Origin: an uncultured Gemmataceae bacterium
Lineage (GTDB): Bacteria > Planctomycetota > Planctomycetia > Gemmatales > Gemmataceae
DNA length: 64,000 bases
Assembly (NCBI GenBank): GCA_963750165.1
Contig: CAVVPN010000003.1
Coordinates: 480,001 to 544,000, forward strand
Direction: 5' to 3'
Position 1 is the first letter of the stretch, and the number at the start of each line of letters is the position of its first letter. The translations under genes were made by a program, and so were the position numbers. Shown in pieces: positions 1 through 10,711 of this stretch. The notes below the pieces were generated by a model. It was given only the letters and a program-made list of their open reading frames with translations. It was not told the DNA's origin and made no database searches.

Positions 1-84
1 ACCTGGGCGCACCCGGCGCGGGCCAACGGCCGGCTGTACGTCCGCGACAGCAAGGAGCTGATCTGCGTGCAGCTCGCGCCATGA
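1..84 (+). CDS. 3' end of PQQ-like beta-propeller repeat protein (partial)
   Basis: Frame 1 reads TWAHPARANGRLYVRDSKELICVQLAP*, the typical C-terminus of planctomycete PQQ-binding-like proteins. Confidence 0.7.
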   Translation, partial: TWAHPARANGRLYVRDSKELICVQLAP

Positions 85-91
85 GGGTTTT

Positions 92-312
92 GGTCCGAGT
101 TCGTAGTACCGCCTTCAGAGAGCGTCCAGCTTATAAGTGGTGCAGGGAAAGGGTTTACAGCAAGAGGGTTACGTCTCGGAAGAGGCTTTTTTCTTCAGGT
201 ATTCCCGGACCCCCTCCACCCCCATTTTGGGCCCCCTGGCTCGCCGTAACTCCTTAATTACCAACACTTGAAAGCTGGACGCTCTCTTCAGGCGGTACTA
301 CGAACCCGGACC
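92..312. repeat. REP-like palindrome split by a MITE
   Basis: Arms GGTCCGAGTTCGTAGTACCGCC (92-113) and GGCGGTACTACGAACCCGGACC (291-312) are inverted repeats with one mismatch. Confidence 0.8.
118..286. mobile_element. 169-bp MITE (IS5-like ends)
   Basis: TIRs GAGAGCGTCCAGCTT..AAGTG match at 20/22; flanked by direct repeat TTCA (114-117, 287-290); no ORF. Confidence 0.8.
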
Positions 313-338
313 CGAAGCCTCTGCTGAAGAAGAGTTCC

Positions 339-1541
339 GTGAACCGTCAACCCTATCAAACGCCGCCGCGCCGCTGGGAGAGCCAGCTCAGCCCCTGGTG
401 GGTGCGCCTGTGGCGCCCGCTGCGCCGCCGCGCCCTGCGCCGCGAGCAGAAGCTGGCCCGCATCGACGTGGCCGACCTGGACCAGCTCCGTCAACCCCTG
501 GCCGAAGGCGCCGCGGTGCTCATCACCCCCAACCACGCCTTCCACTACGACTCCTACGCGCTCATGGAAGCGGGTGACCAGCTGGACCGGCCGTTCCATT
601 TCCTGACCGCCTGGCAGGCGTTCGCCATGAGCAACCGGTTCGAGCGCTGGTCGATGCAGCGGCACGGCTGCTTCAGTATCGACCGCGAGGGCAACGACAT
701 GCCGGCCTTCCGTCGCGCCGTGGCGCTGCTGCAGGAGAGCCCGTATCCGCTGGTCATCTTCTCCGAGGGAGACATCTACCACACCAACGACCGGGTGACG
801 CCGTTCCGTGAAGGTGCCGCCGCCATCGCACTGGCTGCCGCTCGCCGCGCTGACCGGCCCGTCGTGTGTGTGCCGTGCGCCCTCAAATGCTGGTACGTCA
901 GCGACCCGACGCCCGAGCTGAGCCGCGTGCTGTCGCGGTTGGAGGAGCGCTTGACCTGGCTGCCGCGGCCTGACCTGCCGCTGGTGGAGCGCGTCTACCG
1001 GCTGGGCGAGGGCCTGCTGGCCTTGAAGGAACTGGAGCACCTGGGCGGGCCGCGCACCGGGACGGTGCCGGCGCGCACCGCGGGCCTGATCCGGGAGGTA
1101 CTCGGCCGCCAGGAACGGCAATACGGAGTGGACAGCGCCCCGGACGCGGTTGTGCCGGAGCGCGTCAAGGAATTGCGGCGGCGGTGCATCCTGGCGCTGG
1201 AAAAGCCGGGGGCGGATGCGGCCCGGGTTCGCCGCGACCTGGAGGAACTGTTTCTGGTGACGCAGCTATTCAGCTACCCGGGCGATTACGTCCGCGAAAA
1301 CCCCACCGTCGAGCGCGTGGCCGAGACGATTGACAAGTTGGAGGAGGACGTGTTGCAGGCGCCCTATCCGGGCGTGCGCGGCGTGCGGCGGGTGCTGATC
1401 CGCTTCGGCGCCGCGGTGCCGATTCCCACCGAGCGGCAGAAACGCGACGCGGTGCGGCAACTGTCCGAGAACCTGAGCGGCCGGGTGCAGGGGCTGCTTG
1501 ATGACATGAACCGCACCGTTTCGCGGTCGCGCGTTGATTAG
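339..1541 (+). CDS. PlsC-like phospholipid/glycerol acyltransferase
   Basis: NHAFHYD (HX4D) motif, FSIDRE, IFSEG motif. Confidence 0.85.
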   Translation: MNRQPYQTPPRRWESQLSPWWVRLWRPLRRRALRREQKLARIDVADLDQLRQPLAEGAAVLITPNHAFHYDSYALMEAGDQLDRPFHFLTAWQAFAMSNRFERWSMQRHGCFSIDREGNDMPAFRRAVALLQESPYPLVIFSEGDIYHTNDRVTPFREGAAAIALAAARRADRPVVCVPCALKCWYVSDPTPELSRVLSRLEERLTWLPRPDLPLVERVYRLGEGLLALKELEHLGGPRTGTVPARTAGLIREVLGRQERQYGVDSAPDAVVPERVKELRRRCILALEKPGADAARVRRDLEELFLVTQLFSYPGDYVRENPTVERVAETIDKLEEDVLQAPYPGVRGVRRVLIRFGAAVPIPTERQKRDAVRQLSENLSGRVQGLLDDMNRTVSRSRVD

Positions 1542-1560
1542 CGGCGGTTGGCGTTTGGGG

Positions 1561-1617
1561 GTAGCGGAAGTCGCCAGACTTCCAAAGCCGCTACGGAAGT
1601 CTGGCGACTTCCGCTAC
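1561..1617. repeat. REP-like palindrome
   Basis: GTAGCGGAAGTCGCCAGACTTCC / GGAAGTCTGGCGACTTCCGCTAC, perfect 23-bp arms, between convergent genes. Confidence 0.85.
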
Positions 1618-1672
1618 GAACAGACCGCTACACCCGACCGCGATGCGCACTGGCGGCGGCGACGCCGCCGAG

Positions 1673-4600
1673 TCATTTTGTCGGCGGTATCCGCAGCAGT
1701 TCGGCCTCCCGGCGCAGGATCTGGGCCTCCAGCCAGTTGTGACGGTGAAGGTACAACGCATCGGCGTTGGCCGGTAGTTCGCCGCCCAGCGCGTCGAGCC
1801 AGGCGCTGGCCTTGTCCAGCCAGCGTCGCGCTTCGTCCGGCTTGCCCAGTTTCTGATATGTCATCGCCAGCCAGAGCCAGTTCAGGACCGCCGCGCCGGG
1901 CCGGGCCTCGGCCTGAAGACTCCGTTCCAGCAACGGCACGGCCTTCTTGAACTGGTTCGCCCGGTAACGCAAGGCCCCCTGTTCCGTGAGGGACCAGAAG
2001 GCCGTCGCGAATTGCTGCAATTCCTGCGCGCTCACTTGCTCCAGGAGCGACACATTCTCGACCGCGCCCGGGGCCAGGGTACAGGCGCGGGCCACGAGAT
2101 AGTGGCGCACCTTGTTGAAGCGTCCGCCCTCCAGCATCCACTTGCAGGTTTGCCGGTAACCCTTCCGATCTCCCGACAGCAGTTGCACGGCGGCGTATTC
2201 AAACCAAACCTCGCTATCTTTTACATGCCCGTCCTTGATGAGTTGCGCGTAGACTTCGGCGGCCTTGCCCCATTGCTTCTGGTCGATGTGAGCGCGCGCC
2301 AGTTCAGGGGTCCTGCGCGGTCGCGCGACGCCAGTTCCTTGACATCGGCCCAAAGCTGCTGCCAGGCTTTGCGTTCCTCCTCGGGCAGTTTGGCAAGTGC
2401 GTCCGGGCCGCGGACACCGGCAAGTTCCTTGCACTGCTGCCATTTCCCAAAGACGCTGCGCGTCCATCATTGCATCGCCGCCCCTGGCGTTGTTGGATCG
2501 TTTGACCCAGGCATCAACGTCAGCTCTCAACCACTCCAGAGCCCGCTTGCGCAGCGCGGCTTTCGCGCGGTCATCGAGCTTGGCCGCGTCTTCACCGGAA
2601 CCACATCCCCCGAGTGCAGCCGCGCAGGCCGCGTGAAAACGGTGTTTTGACTCAAGATCATCGGCGAGCGCCGGTTGCCTGGTGAAAACGACATCGTAAA
2701 GCCGAACGGCTGCGAGAGGCAGTCGCCTGTGTGTGCAGCACCACCCGGCCAGCGCCCCCACCGTGGCGGGGTCCTCGGGGAATTCCTTCCCGGCAAGAAG
2801 CGCAGGGAGCCTGGATTCAAGCGGTCGGAGCTGATCGCAAAGGTCGAGGTAACGGCGCAGTTCAGCGTGTCCCGTTGGGCCCACCTGGGGTAAGTCCAGG
2901 GCGTGCTGGGCGGCTGCCTGGGCGTCGGCGAAGCGCCCCACGCACAGGAGCGACTCCACGAGGAGGTGTCGAGCGCCGAGGTATTTGGGAGCGTCGCCGT
3001 CCCTGAGTTCGGCGGCCGTCAGTTGCCTTTTCGGATCGAGACTGCGGATGAGCCACTCAAATTCGCCAATGGCCTCTTCGTGCTTTCCCAGTTCTTGCAA
3101 GGTCAGGCCCAGCGCATGATGCGCCACGGCGTTGAGTGGATCCAGTTGGACCATTTTTCGGAAGGCGCGAGCGCCTGCTCAGGTCGCCCGGTTTTCCGCA
3201 GCGCCACGCCAAGGTTGTAATTGGCCAGGATGTGCTTGGGATTGAGGGCAAGCGCTTTCCGGAACAGCGGAATCGCTTCTTCATCCCGCCCGGCGACGGC
3301 GACGGATACGCCCTGGTTGAAAGCCACCTGGGCAGTGATCGGTTCGGCATTGAGCAACTTCTTTCCTGCGACGAGCACCTCGTCCGCACGTTTCGCCTTG
3401 AGCAAGGCAGTGGTGAGGTTGTTGCGCAGGACTTCGTTGTTGGGATCCAGCTTGCAGGCCTGGCGGAGCACCAGGATGGCCTCGTCCAGTTCGTCGGCAA
3501 GGAGCAAGGCACATCCCAGGTGGCTGAACGTCCACGGGTTTTCCGGACGCAGCGTGATCACAATGCGAAAGTACGCCACCGACTCCTTGAATTTGCCGTC
3601 GCGCCAGTAAGCCAGGGCCATCGCCCAGTTCAGCCGGAAGTCAGCGGGGCGGCGCCGAATCGCCTCCCGCAATAAGCCGAGGCCTTCGGACCGGGCGTCG
3701 AGATTCCACAGCAAGGTCGCCAGGATGGCCAACTGGTGCGCGGGCACCGGTTTCGACACCTTCAAGGCGTTGTCGGCCAGTTGGCGGAGTTTTTGCTTGT
3801 CGCCCCACACGCCAGGATCGCGCAACCGATCGCCCCAGGCCGGATCGGGATCCGCCAACCGGGCAATCCGGAGCAATTGCTCCTGTTCGGCGCGCGGTTC
3901 AGCACGTAGGCAGCCAGCGCCCACTCGTCCAGGGCGGACACGGTTTTGTCGGCCAGCGGCGTGGCGCGGATGCGTGCCGCCGTGACGGCCGCATCCCCGT
4001 CCACGTTGAACCCCGCCTGGATGAACGCCTTTCGCGACTCCGTCGCCAGCAGCTGAAAGTCCACAGGGTGTGGCGAAGAAACATTCCTCTCCGACACGGA
4101 AGCCACGGCGGCTTGAAGAATGTCGCCGAGCAACTCGGCAAACTGCACGTCCGCTTCCGCCCGCGCAGAGCGCACGCGCAATTCGCCGGAATCGGCAACC
4201 GCAAGATGACTTTTGCCCTCGGTTAGAATCACCCTGGCCTCCCGCCAGCGCTCGAGCTTTGCCGATTTGTAGGCCTGGTCAATGACGGTTTCGATGGCCT
4301 GCCGCGCGTGTGCCTGACGACGCTCCTTTTCCGTCTGGCGGAAGTTTTCCTGTTGGCACCACCAGGTGGTGGTTCCGACTGCCGCCGTCACCGCCAGCAG
4401 GGCCGCCACGATGAGCGAGGCGACCGCGGGTCGCCGGCGTGCCCACTTCACGGTGCGCTCGAGAGCGCCAACGGGCCGGGCCAGCACCGGTTGGCCATCG
4501 AGAAAACGGTTCAGGTCATCGGCCAGGTCCTGGGCGCTGGCGTAGCGGCGGATGGGGTGCTTTTGCAGGCACTTCAGGCAGATGGTTTCCAGGTCGCGCG

Positions 4601-5525
4601 GGATTTTGGGATTCAGGCGCGATGGCGGCGTCGGCTCTTCGCCGAGGATCCGCATCTCAATGGCGGCGGCAGATTGTCCGGTGAAGGGTGGCCGGCCCGT
4701 GAGCACCTCGTACAGCATCGCCCCGAGCGCATACACGTCCACAGCGGGCCCGATCGCGTGCGCCTGCCCCAGCGCCTGTTCGGGCGCCATGTAACTGGGC
4801 GTGCCCACCCGCGCGCCGCTCAAGGTAAACTCAGGGCCGCCCGCAATGGATCGTGCCAGGCCGAAGTCCGTGATCTTGGGAATACCATCGGCCGACAGCA
4901 GGATGTTGGCCGGCTTGAGGTCGCGATGAATGAAACCGCTCTGGTGCGCGAATTGCACCGCGACGGCCAGTGTGGCAATCAATTCGGCGGCCCGGGTCGC
5001 CGGTTGCGGGGTGCCGGCCAGTTGCTGGGCTAAACTCCCTCCCTCCACAAACTCCATGATGAAGTAGTGCCGGCCGGCCACTTCGCCGACATCATGGATC
5101 TGCACGATGTTGGGGTGCCGCAGCGCCGCCACGGCCTCGGCTTCACGCCGAAACCGTGCCAGCTCCAGCGGACTCGCATAAGGGCCGGCCAGCAGCATCT
5201 TCACGGCGACGAAGCGATTGAGTTTGCGGTGGCGCGCCTTGAAGACCACGCCCATGCCGCCCCGGCCGAGGACGGAAGCCACGTCGTAGCCGTCGATGTG
5301 CGGCGGTTCGATTTCGGAGTTCAGCAAGAGCGAGTTGTCCTCGCGATTGGTCGAGCCCGGTGACGGGAACAGGGCTTCAATTTGGTATCCGACGCGCTGC
5401 ATGCGATCCCAGCGCTGGCGTACCTCGCACAATAAATCGGGGTCCCCCTGGCAGACCTCTTCGGGGGTGCGCTGGGAGTCCAGCATCTCTTCAAGCAACT
5501 CCTGGATGCGCAGTTCGTCAGGCAT
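1673..5525 (-). CDS. Ser/Thr protein kinase with TM segment and TPR repeats (several frameshifts; ORF pieces 3762-5525, 3103-3924, 1673-3154)
   Basis: [30 protein letters not shown] motifs; TPR-like repeats continue across consecutive frames. Confidence 0.85.
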
Positions 5526-5553
5526 CGGTTTCCCCCTGACAATGATCCTGGGC

Positions 5554-6180
5554 TTATGCCTCGCTGGGCGGTCGCGGCCCCGCCTGCAGGTCGGACAGCT
5601 TTTCCGCCAGCAGCATCAAGCTGCGATTCAGACGGCGCTGAATCGTCTTCGCCGAGACGCTCAGCAGGTTCGCTGTCTCGGTCTGACTCATCCCCTGAAT
5701 GCGTACCAGGCTGAAGACTTCGCGCTCGTCCTCGGGAAGGTCGTCGATCGCCTCCAGCATGCGACGGGCGTTCAGACTGAGTCCCGAACCGCTGCTTTCC
5801 GGTGCGGGCGGCAGTCCGTCGGGCAACGCCACGGCGAGCTTCTGTTCGTCTAGGCGGCGGGCCAGGTCATTCAGCTCCCAGCGGATGTGCTGGCTGGCCA
5901 GGCCGAAGAACCGGCGCACAGTCGGCGGATGGGCCTCCCGCATGGCCTTGAGCAACCGTTCCACCACCGCGCTGAGCACCTCATCGGCCTGGGCGTTCAG
6001 CGGCGGACGGGTCAGGCGCGGGTAGCTCTGGTGCAGAAGAGTCGCGCACAGGAGGTGCAGTCGCTGCACGGCCCGGGCCAGCAAGGCGCGGACGATCGGC
6101 TCGGCGGGCGTGTCGCCGCGCACCCCCGCTAACTCGTCCAGGTAACGCTGGACCGCCGCCGTCGTGTGTGTGTCGTCCAT
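5554..6180 (-). CDS. ECF sigma factor (kinase-associated, planctomycete type)
   Basis: MDDTHTTAAVQRYLDEL...; region-4 LPEDEREVFSLVRIQGMSQTETANLLSVSAKTIQRR; directly upstream of the kinase. Confidence 0.85.
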   Translation of the reverse strand: MDDTHTTAAVQRYLDELAGVRGDTPAEPIVRALLARAVQRLHLLCATLLHQSYPRLTRPPLNAQADEVLSAVVERLLKAMREAHPPTVRRFFGLASQHIRWELNDLARRLDEQKLAVALPDGLPPAPESSGSGLSLNARRMLEAIDDLPEDEREVFSLVRIQGMSQTETANLLSVSAKTIQRRLNRSLMLLAEKLSDLQAGPRPPSEA

Positions 6181-6318
6181 CGTCCACGGTGCCTCGACCA
6201 CCGGCGCTGCCCGCGCCGTTTTCGCTGTCCACCCGTTTCGCCCAGCATTGGTAGAGAGGCTTCGACCCGGCACGGTGAAGCGCGGAGCCCATCTCATCTT
6301 ACGGGAAAGCAGGCTGCC

Positions 6319-6720
6319 ATGAACCGACTCAAGGGAAAAATCGCCGTCGTCACGGGCGCCTCCCCGTCCGGTGGTAGCGTGGTCAACATCAGCTCCGTGG
6401 TCGCCACACTGGCCCCGCCGAACGTTTCCGTGTACAGCGCCACCAAGGCAGCGATGAATGCCATCACCCGGTCCCTGGCCCAGGAGTTGGGGCCGCGCCA
6501 GATTCGGGTGAACGCGAATAACCCCGGCGTGGTCGAAACCACAGGGACGCACGCCGTTGGGCTGGCCGAGGCCGAATCCCGCAAGCAGACCGAGGCGCTG
6601 ACGTCGCTCGGGCGGATTGGCCAACCCCAGGATATTGCGCCGACCGCGGTCTTCCTCGCCTCGTCCGAATCCGCCTGGATCACCGGCGAAACGCTCTACA
6701 TCACCGGCGGGCGGTATTGA
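6319..6720 (+). pseudogene. SDR oxidoreductase with large in-frame internal deletion
   Basis: MNRLKGKIAVVTGAS jumps straight to GGSVVNISS..YSATK; Rossmann GxxxGxG and central part absent; only 133 aa. Confidence 0.8.
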
Positions 6721-6763
6721 TGTCTTCGCTCAGACCGCACTTGCTTACATCGGAGGAGCACGC

Positions 6764-7702
6764 ATGGCTATCAGCAATCCCATCCTTGTCACCGGCGCGG
6801 CAGGCAAGCTGGGCGGAGTGGGCCGCACGGTGGTGGAACTGCTTCGCCAGCGCAACCTGCCTGTCCGCGCACTGGTTCATCGCGAAGACGAACGTGTCGC
6901 TGCGCTGCGTGCCAGCGGCGCCGAGGTCGTTGTCGGCGACCTCACCCGTGCCGCAGACATCGCGCGTGCCCTGGAGGGTTGCCAGCGCCTGTACTTCGGC
7001 ATGAGCGCGGCGGTGGCCTACCTGGAGGCCACGGTCATGGCCGCCGCCGTCGCCCGCGAACATCGCGGTCTGGAGGTGTTCGTCAACATCTCGCAGATGA
7101 CGGTGTCGCAAATGAGCCTGGCCAAGATGACCGACTCTCCGCAGCAGCGGCAACACTGGCTCGGCGAGCAGGTGCTGAACTGGTCCGGTTTGCCTGTCGT
7201 CCACATCCGGGCCACGGTTTTCCTTCAAAATCCCTTCTTCCTCGACTGGGCCGCGGAATCGATCGCCCGGGACGGCACGATCCGGCTGCCGTTCGGCACC
7301 GGGCGGACCTCACCGATCGACGCGCGCGACGTTGCGGAGGTGATCGCGATCATCCTGGCGAGTCCGGCCGCCCACGTCGGCAAGGTCTACGAACTCACCG
7401 GGCCGCGGTCCCAGGATCTGCACGCCCTGGCGGCGGAGTATTCCGCGGCACTTGGTCGAACCATCCGCTACGTCGATGTGCCCTTCGAGCAATGGCGCGA
7501 TGGGGAGCTGCGCAGTCGCCAGTTGCCGGACCACGTCTTCGAGCACCTGCTGACGATGGCTCGCCTCCACGCCGCCAACCGCTACGACCGTCTCACGAAC
7601 ACGGTCGAGACGATCACCGGGAAGCCCGCGACGAGCGTCCGTGACTTTATGGCGCGGCACGCGGGAGCATTTTCTTTGTCACCCTCTGACACCAGGAGGT
7701 GA
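6764..7702 (+). CDS. NmrA/NAD(P)H-binding family protein
   Basis: ILVTGAAGKLGGVG, GKVYELTGP; GGAGGAG RBS. Confidence 0.85.
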   Translation: MAISNPILVTGAAGKLGGVGRTVVELLRQRNLPVRALVHREDERVAALRASGAEVVVGDLTRAADIARALEGCQRLYFGMSAAVAYLEATVMAAAVAREHRGLEVFVNISQMTVSQMSLAKMTDSPQQRQHWLGEQVLNWSGLPVVHIRATVFLQNPFFLDWAAESIARDGTIRLPFGTGRTSPIDARDVAEVIAIILASPAAHVGKVYELTGPRSQDLHALAAEYSAALGRTIRYVDVPFEQWRDGELRSRQLPDHVFEHLLTMARLHAANRYDRLTNTVETITGKPATSVRDFMARHAGAFSLSPSDTRR

Positions 7703-7704
7703 GC

Positions 7705-9144
7705 ATGTCTCAACCCGAACGCTATGAAGTCCTCATCCTCGGCAGCGGCGCCGGCGGCAAGCTCCTGGCCTGGCACCTGGCCAGGTCAGGGCGGCGGACG
7801 GCCGTCGTGGAACGCAAATGGATCGGCGGCTCCTGCCCGAACGTCAACTGTTTGCCCAGCAAGAACGAAATCTGGAGCGCGAAGGTCGCGGATCTGGTTC
7901 ACCACGCGGCGAAGTTTGGCCTGGTGACGGGCTCGATTGCGATTGACATGGCGCGGGTGCGGCAGCGGAAACGCGACATGGTCGAGGGCCTGGTCGCCCT
8001 GCACCTGGACCTGTACCGGGCCAGCGGTGCCGAGCTGGTCATGGGCGCGGGGCGGTTCGTCGCGCCGAAGACCCTTGAGGTCCGGCTGAATGACGGCGGC
8101 ACGCGCGTGCTGGCCGGGGAGCGCGTGTTCCTCAACGTGGGAACCCACGCCACCATTCCGCCGATCTCCGGCCTGGCGGAGGCGGGGCCGATCACCAATA
8201 TTGAACTCCTCGAACTCGACCGGCTGCCCGAGCACCTCGTCGTCCTCGGCGGCGGGTATGTCGGCCTGGAGTTCGCCCAGGCGTACCGCCGCTTCGGCAG
8301 TCGCGTCACCGTGGTCGAGCACGGGCCGCAGCTCCTGGGCCGCGAGGACCCGGATGTCGCCGCGGAACTCCTGCGCGTGCTCCGTGCCGAGGAAATCGAC
8401 ATCCTGCTCGGGGCCGAAGTGCTCCGGGTCGAGGGCCGCTCGGGAGAAGGGATCCGCCTGCGCGTGCGGACGGCCGAAGGCGAACGGCTCCTCGCCGGCA
8501 GTGACATCCTGATCGCGGCGGGGCGCACGCCCAACACCGCCGGGATCGGATTCGATGTGGCCGGCGTCCAGTTAGACGCGCGGGGCTACATCAAGGTCAA
8601 TGACCGGCTGGAGACGAGCGCGCCCGCTGTCTGGGCGATTGGCGAGTGCGCCGGCAGCCCCCAGTTCACGCACGTGTCCGAGGACGACTTCCGGGTCATC
8701 CGGGACAACCAGGCCCCCCTCACCCTACCCTCTCCCCCCACGGGGGAAGAGGGTAGGGTGAGGGGGGCCGGAGGCAAGCGCAGTACCCGCGACCGCCTCA
8801 TTCCCTACTGCCTGTTCACGGACCCGCCGCTGGCGCGGGTCGGCCTGAGCGAAGGGGAAGCCCGACAACGGGGGCTCGCCATCCGGGTCGCGAAACTCCC
8901 GATGAACGCCGTGCTGCGGACGCGGACCATCGGCGAAACCGCCGGCTTCATGAAAGTGCTCGTCGAGGCAACGGGCGACCGCATTCTCGGCTTCGCGATG
9001 ATCGGCCCCGAGGCCGGGGAGGTCATGGCCGCGGTGCAGCTGGCGATGCTCGGCGGGCTGCCCTACACGCTGTTCCGCGACGCCATTCTCGCGCATCCGA
9101 CGATGGCCGAGGGGCTCAATGCCCTGTTCGCCGCCATCGCGTAA
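7705..9144 (+). CDS. Class I pyridine nucleotide-disulfide oxidoreductase (MerA/RclA/Lpd-like)
   Basis: GSGAGG, GGSCPNVNCLPSK redox disulfide, GGGYVGLE, HPTMAE; no C-terminal CC pair. Confidence 0.9.
   Translation: MSQPERYEVLILGSGAGGKLLAWHLARSGRRTAVVERKWIGGSCPNVNCLPSKNEIWSAKVADLVHHAAKFGLVTGSIAIDMARVRQRKRDMVEGLVALHLDLYRASGAELVMGAGRFVAPKTLEVRLNDGGTRVLAGERVFLNVGTHATIPPISGLAEAGPITNIELLELDRLPEHLVVLGGGYVGLEFAQAYRRFGSRVTVVEHGPQLLGREDPDVAAELLRVLRAEEIDILLGAEVLRVEGRSGEGIRLRVRTAEGERLLAGSDILIAAGRTPNTAGIGFDVAGVQLDARGYIKVNDRLETSAPAVWAIGECAGSPQFTHVSEDDFRVIRDNQAPLTLPSPPTGEEGRVRGAGGKRSTRDRLIPYCLFTDPPLARVGLSEGEARQRGLAIRVAKLPMNAVLRTRTIGETAGFMKVLVEATGDRILGFAMIGPEAGEVMAAVQLAMLGGLPYTLFRDAILAHPTMAEGLNALFAAIA
8712..8769. 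repeat. Palindromic element inserted in frame inside the oxidoreductase CDS
   Basis: GGCCCCCCTCACCCTACCCTCT...AGAGGGTAGGGTGAGGGGGGCC; encodes APLTLPSPPTGEEGRVRG. Confidence 0.85.
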
Positions 9145-9184
9145 CGAAGGGTAATCAACCTGTCCCGAGAAAGGAGCCTGGACC

Positions 9185-9664
9185 ATGTTCAAGACGAAGA
9201 ATGACCTGCCCGAAACCGCCCGCGTCAAGGTGATCGAGTTGCTGAACGCACGCCTGGCCGACTGCACGGACCTGCAAACGCAGACCAAGCAGGCGCACTG
9301 GAACGTCAAGGGGCCGAACTTCATCGCCCTGCACGAGCTGTTCGACAAGATCAACGAGGACGTGGAGGACTACGTGGACGATCTCGCCGAGCGAGTGGTG
9401 CAGCTCGGCGGCGTGGCCGAGGGGACGGCCCGGATGGTGGCGAAGCGCAGCGCGTTGGCCGAGTACCCCGCCGCGGTGGACGGCCGCAGCCACGTGGAGG
9501 CGCTGTCCTCGGCACTGGCGACGTTCGGCAAGGCGGCGCGGAAGGGCATCGGCCAGGCCGACGAACTGGGCGACCTGGACACCGCCGACCTCTTCACCGA
9601 GATTTCGCGCGGCATCGACAAGTGGCTGTGGTTCGTTGAGGCGCACCTGCAGGCGGAGCGGTAA
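9185..9664 (+). CDS. dps: DNA starvation/stationary-phase protection protein Dps
   Basis: KQAHWNVKGPNFIALHELFD, DDLAER, DKWLWFVEAH. Confidence 0.95.
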   Translation: MFKTKNDLPETARVKVIELLNARLADCTDLQTQTKQAHWNVKGPNFIALHELFDKINEDVEDYVDDLAERVVQLGGVAEGTARMVAKRSALAEYPAAVDGRSHVEALSSALATFGKAARKGIGQADELGDLDTADLFTEISRGIDKWLWFVEAHLQAER

Positions 9665-9748
9665 CCGAGGCGGGGGATGCGTCCGGTCGATCTCGTCGAG
9701 CATGACCGCAGCTGAAGCGAGCGCCACCAAGCCCCGTGGGAGAAGCCG

Positions 9749-10663
9749 ATGACAACCGCCGGGCTGGACGTGCGGCCGGAAGTGCAGACGGCCCTGCGCG
9801 AAGGCCGCTCGGTGGTGGCGCTGGAATCGACGCTGATCGCACACGGGCTGCCCTGGCCGGTGAACCTGGAGACGGCCCGGCAGGCGGAGGCGGTGGTGCG
9901 CGCGGCGGGCGCAGTGCCCGCCACCATCGCGGTGCTGCACGGCCGGCCGACGGTGGGCCTGGCCGACGCGGAACTGGCGGCGCTGGCGCAGTCTCGGGAC
10001 GCTCTCAAGGCCAGCCGGCGCGACCTGGCCGCGGCGGTGGCGCTGCGGCGCACCGCGGCGACCACGGTGGCGGCGACAATGTTCCTCGCACACCGGGCCG
10101 GCATCCGCGTCTTCGCCACCGGCGGCATCGGCGGCGCCCACCGCGACGCCCGGCAGCCGTGGGACATCTCCGCCGACCTGACGGAACTGGGCCGGACGCC
10201 CGTCGCGGTGGTCTGCGCCGGGGCCAAGAGCATCCTGAACATCCCGCGGACGCTGGAAATCCTGGAGACGGAGGGGGTGCCGGTGATCGGCTACGGCACG
10301 GACACGTTCCCCGCCTTTTACGTGCGGAGTAGCGGCGAACCGGTGAGCGCCCGCGTGGACACGCCGGCGGAGGTGGCGGCGCTGCTGGCGGCGCACTGGG
10401 AACTGGGCGGCGCCGGCGTCGTGCTGGCTCAACCGCTGCCGCCCGAGCTGGCCCTGCCGGCCGCTGAGTTTGACACGGCCTGGGCGCGGGCGGAGCAGCT
10501 GGCCGTGGCGGCGGGCGTGCGCGGCCAGCAAGTGACGCCGTTCCTGCTCGCCCGCCTGGCGGAGTTGACCGGCGGCAAGACGCTGACCGTCAACCAGGCA
10601 CTGATCGCGGCCAACGCCCGGTTGGCGGCCCAGGTGGCGGTGCAGTTGCCGCTGGTGGCGTAG
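9749..10663 (+). CDS. psuG: Pseudouridine-5'-phosphate glycosidase
   Basis: VVALESTLIAHGLPWP, ATTVAATM, FATGGIGGAHR, DISADL, GAKSIL. Confidence 0.92.
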   Translation: MTTAGLDVRPEVQTALREGRSVVALESTLIAHGLPWPVNLETARQAEAVVRAAGAVPATIAVLHGRPTVGLADAELAALAQSRDALKASRRDLAAAVALRRTAATTVAATMFLAHRAGIRVFATGGIGGAHRDARQPWDISADLTELGRTPVAVVCAGAKSILNIPRTLEILETEGVPVIGYGTDTFPAFYVRSSGEPVSARVDTPAEVAALLAAHWELGGAGVVLAQPLPPELALPAAEFDTAWARAEQLAVAAGVRGQQVTPFLLARLAELTGGKTLTVNQALIAANARLAAQVAVQLPLVA

Positions 10664-10711
10664 CGGGCCGGCTGCCCAGTGGCGCCGGGCGACAGGAGGG
10701 AGCCCGGGCGC

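Noticed and set aside
7705..9144. Mercuric reductase merA
   Set aside because: No C-terminal Cys-Cys pair, no N-terminal HMA domain and no mer operon
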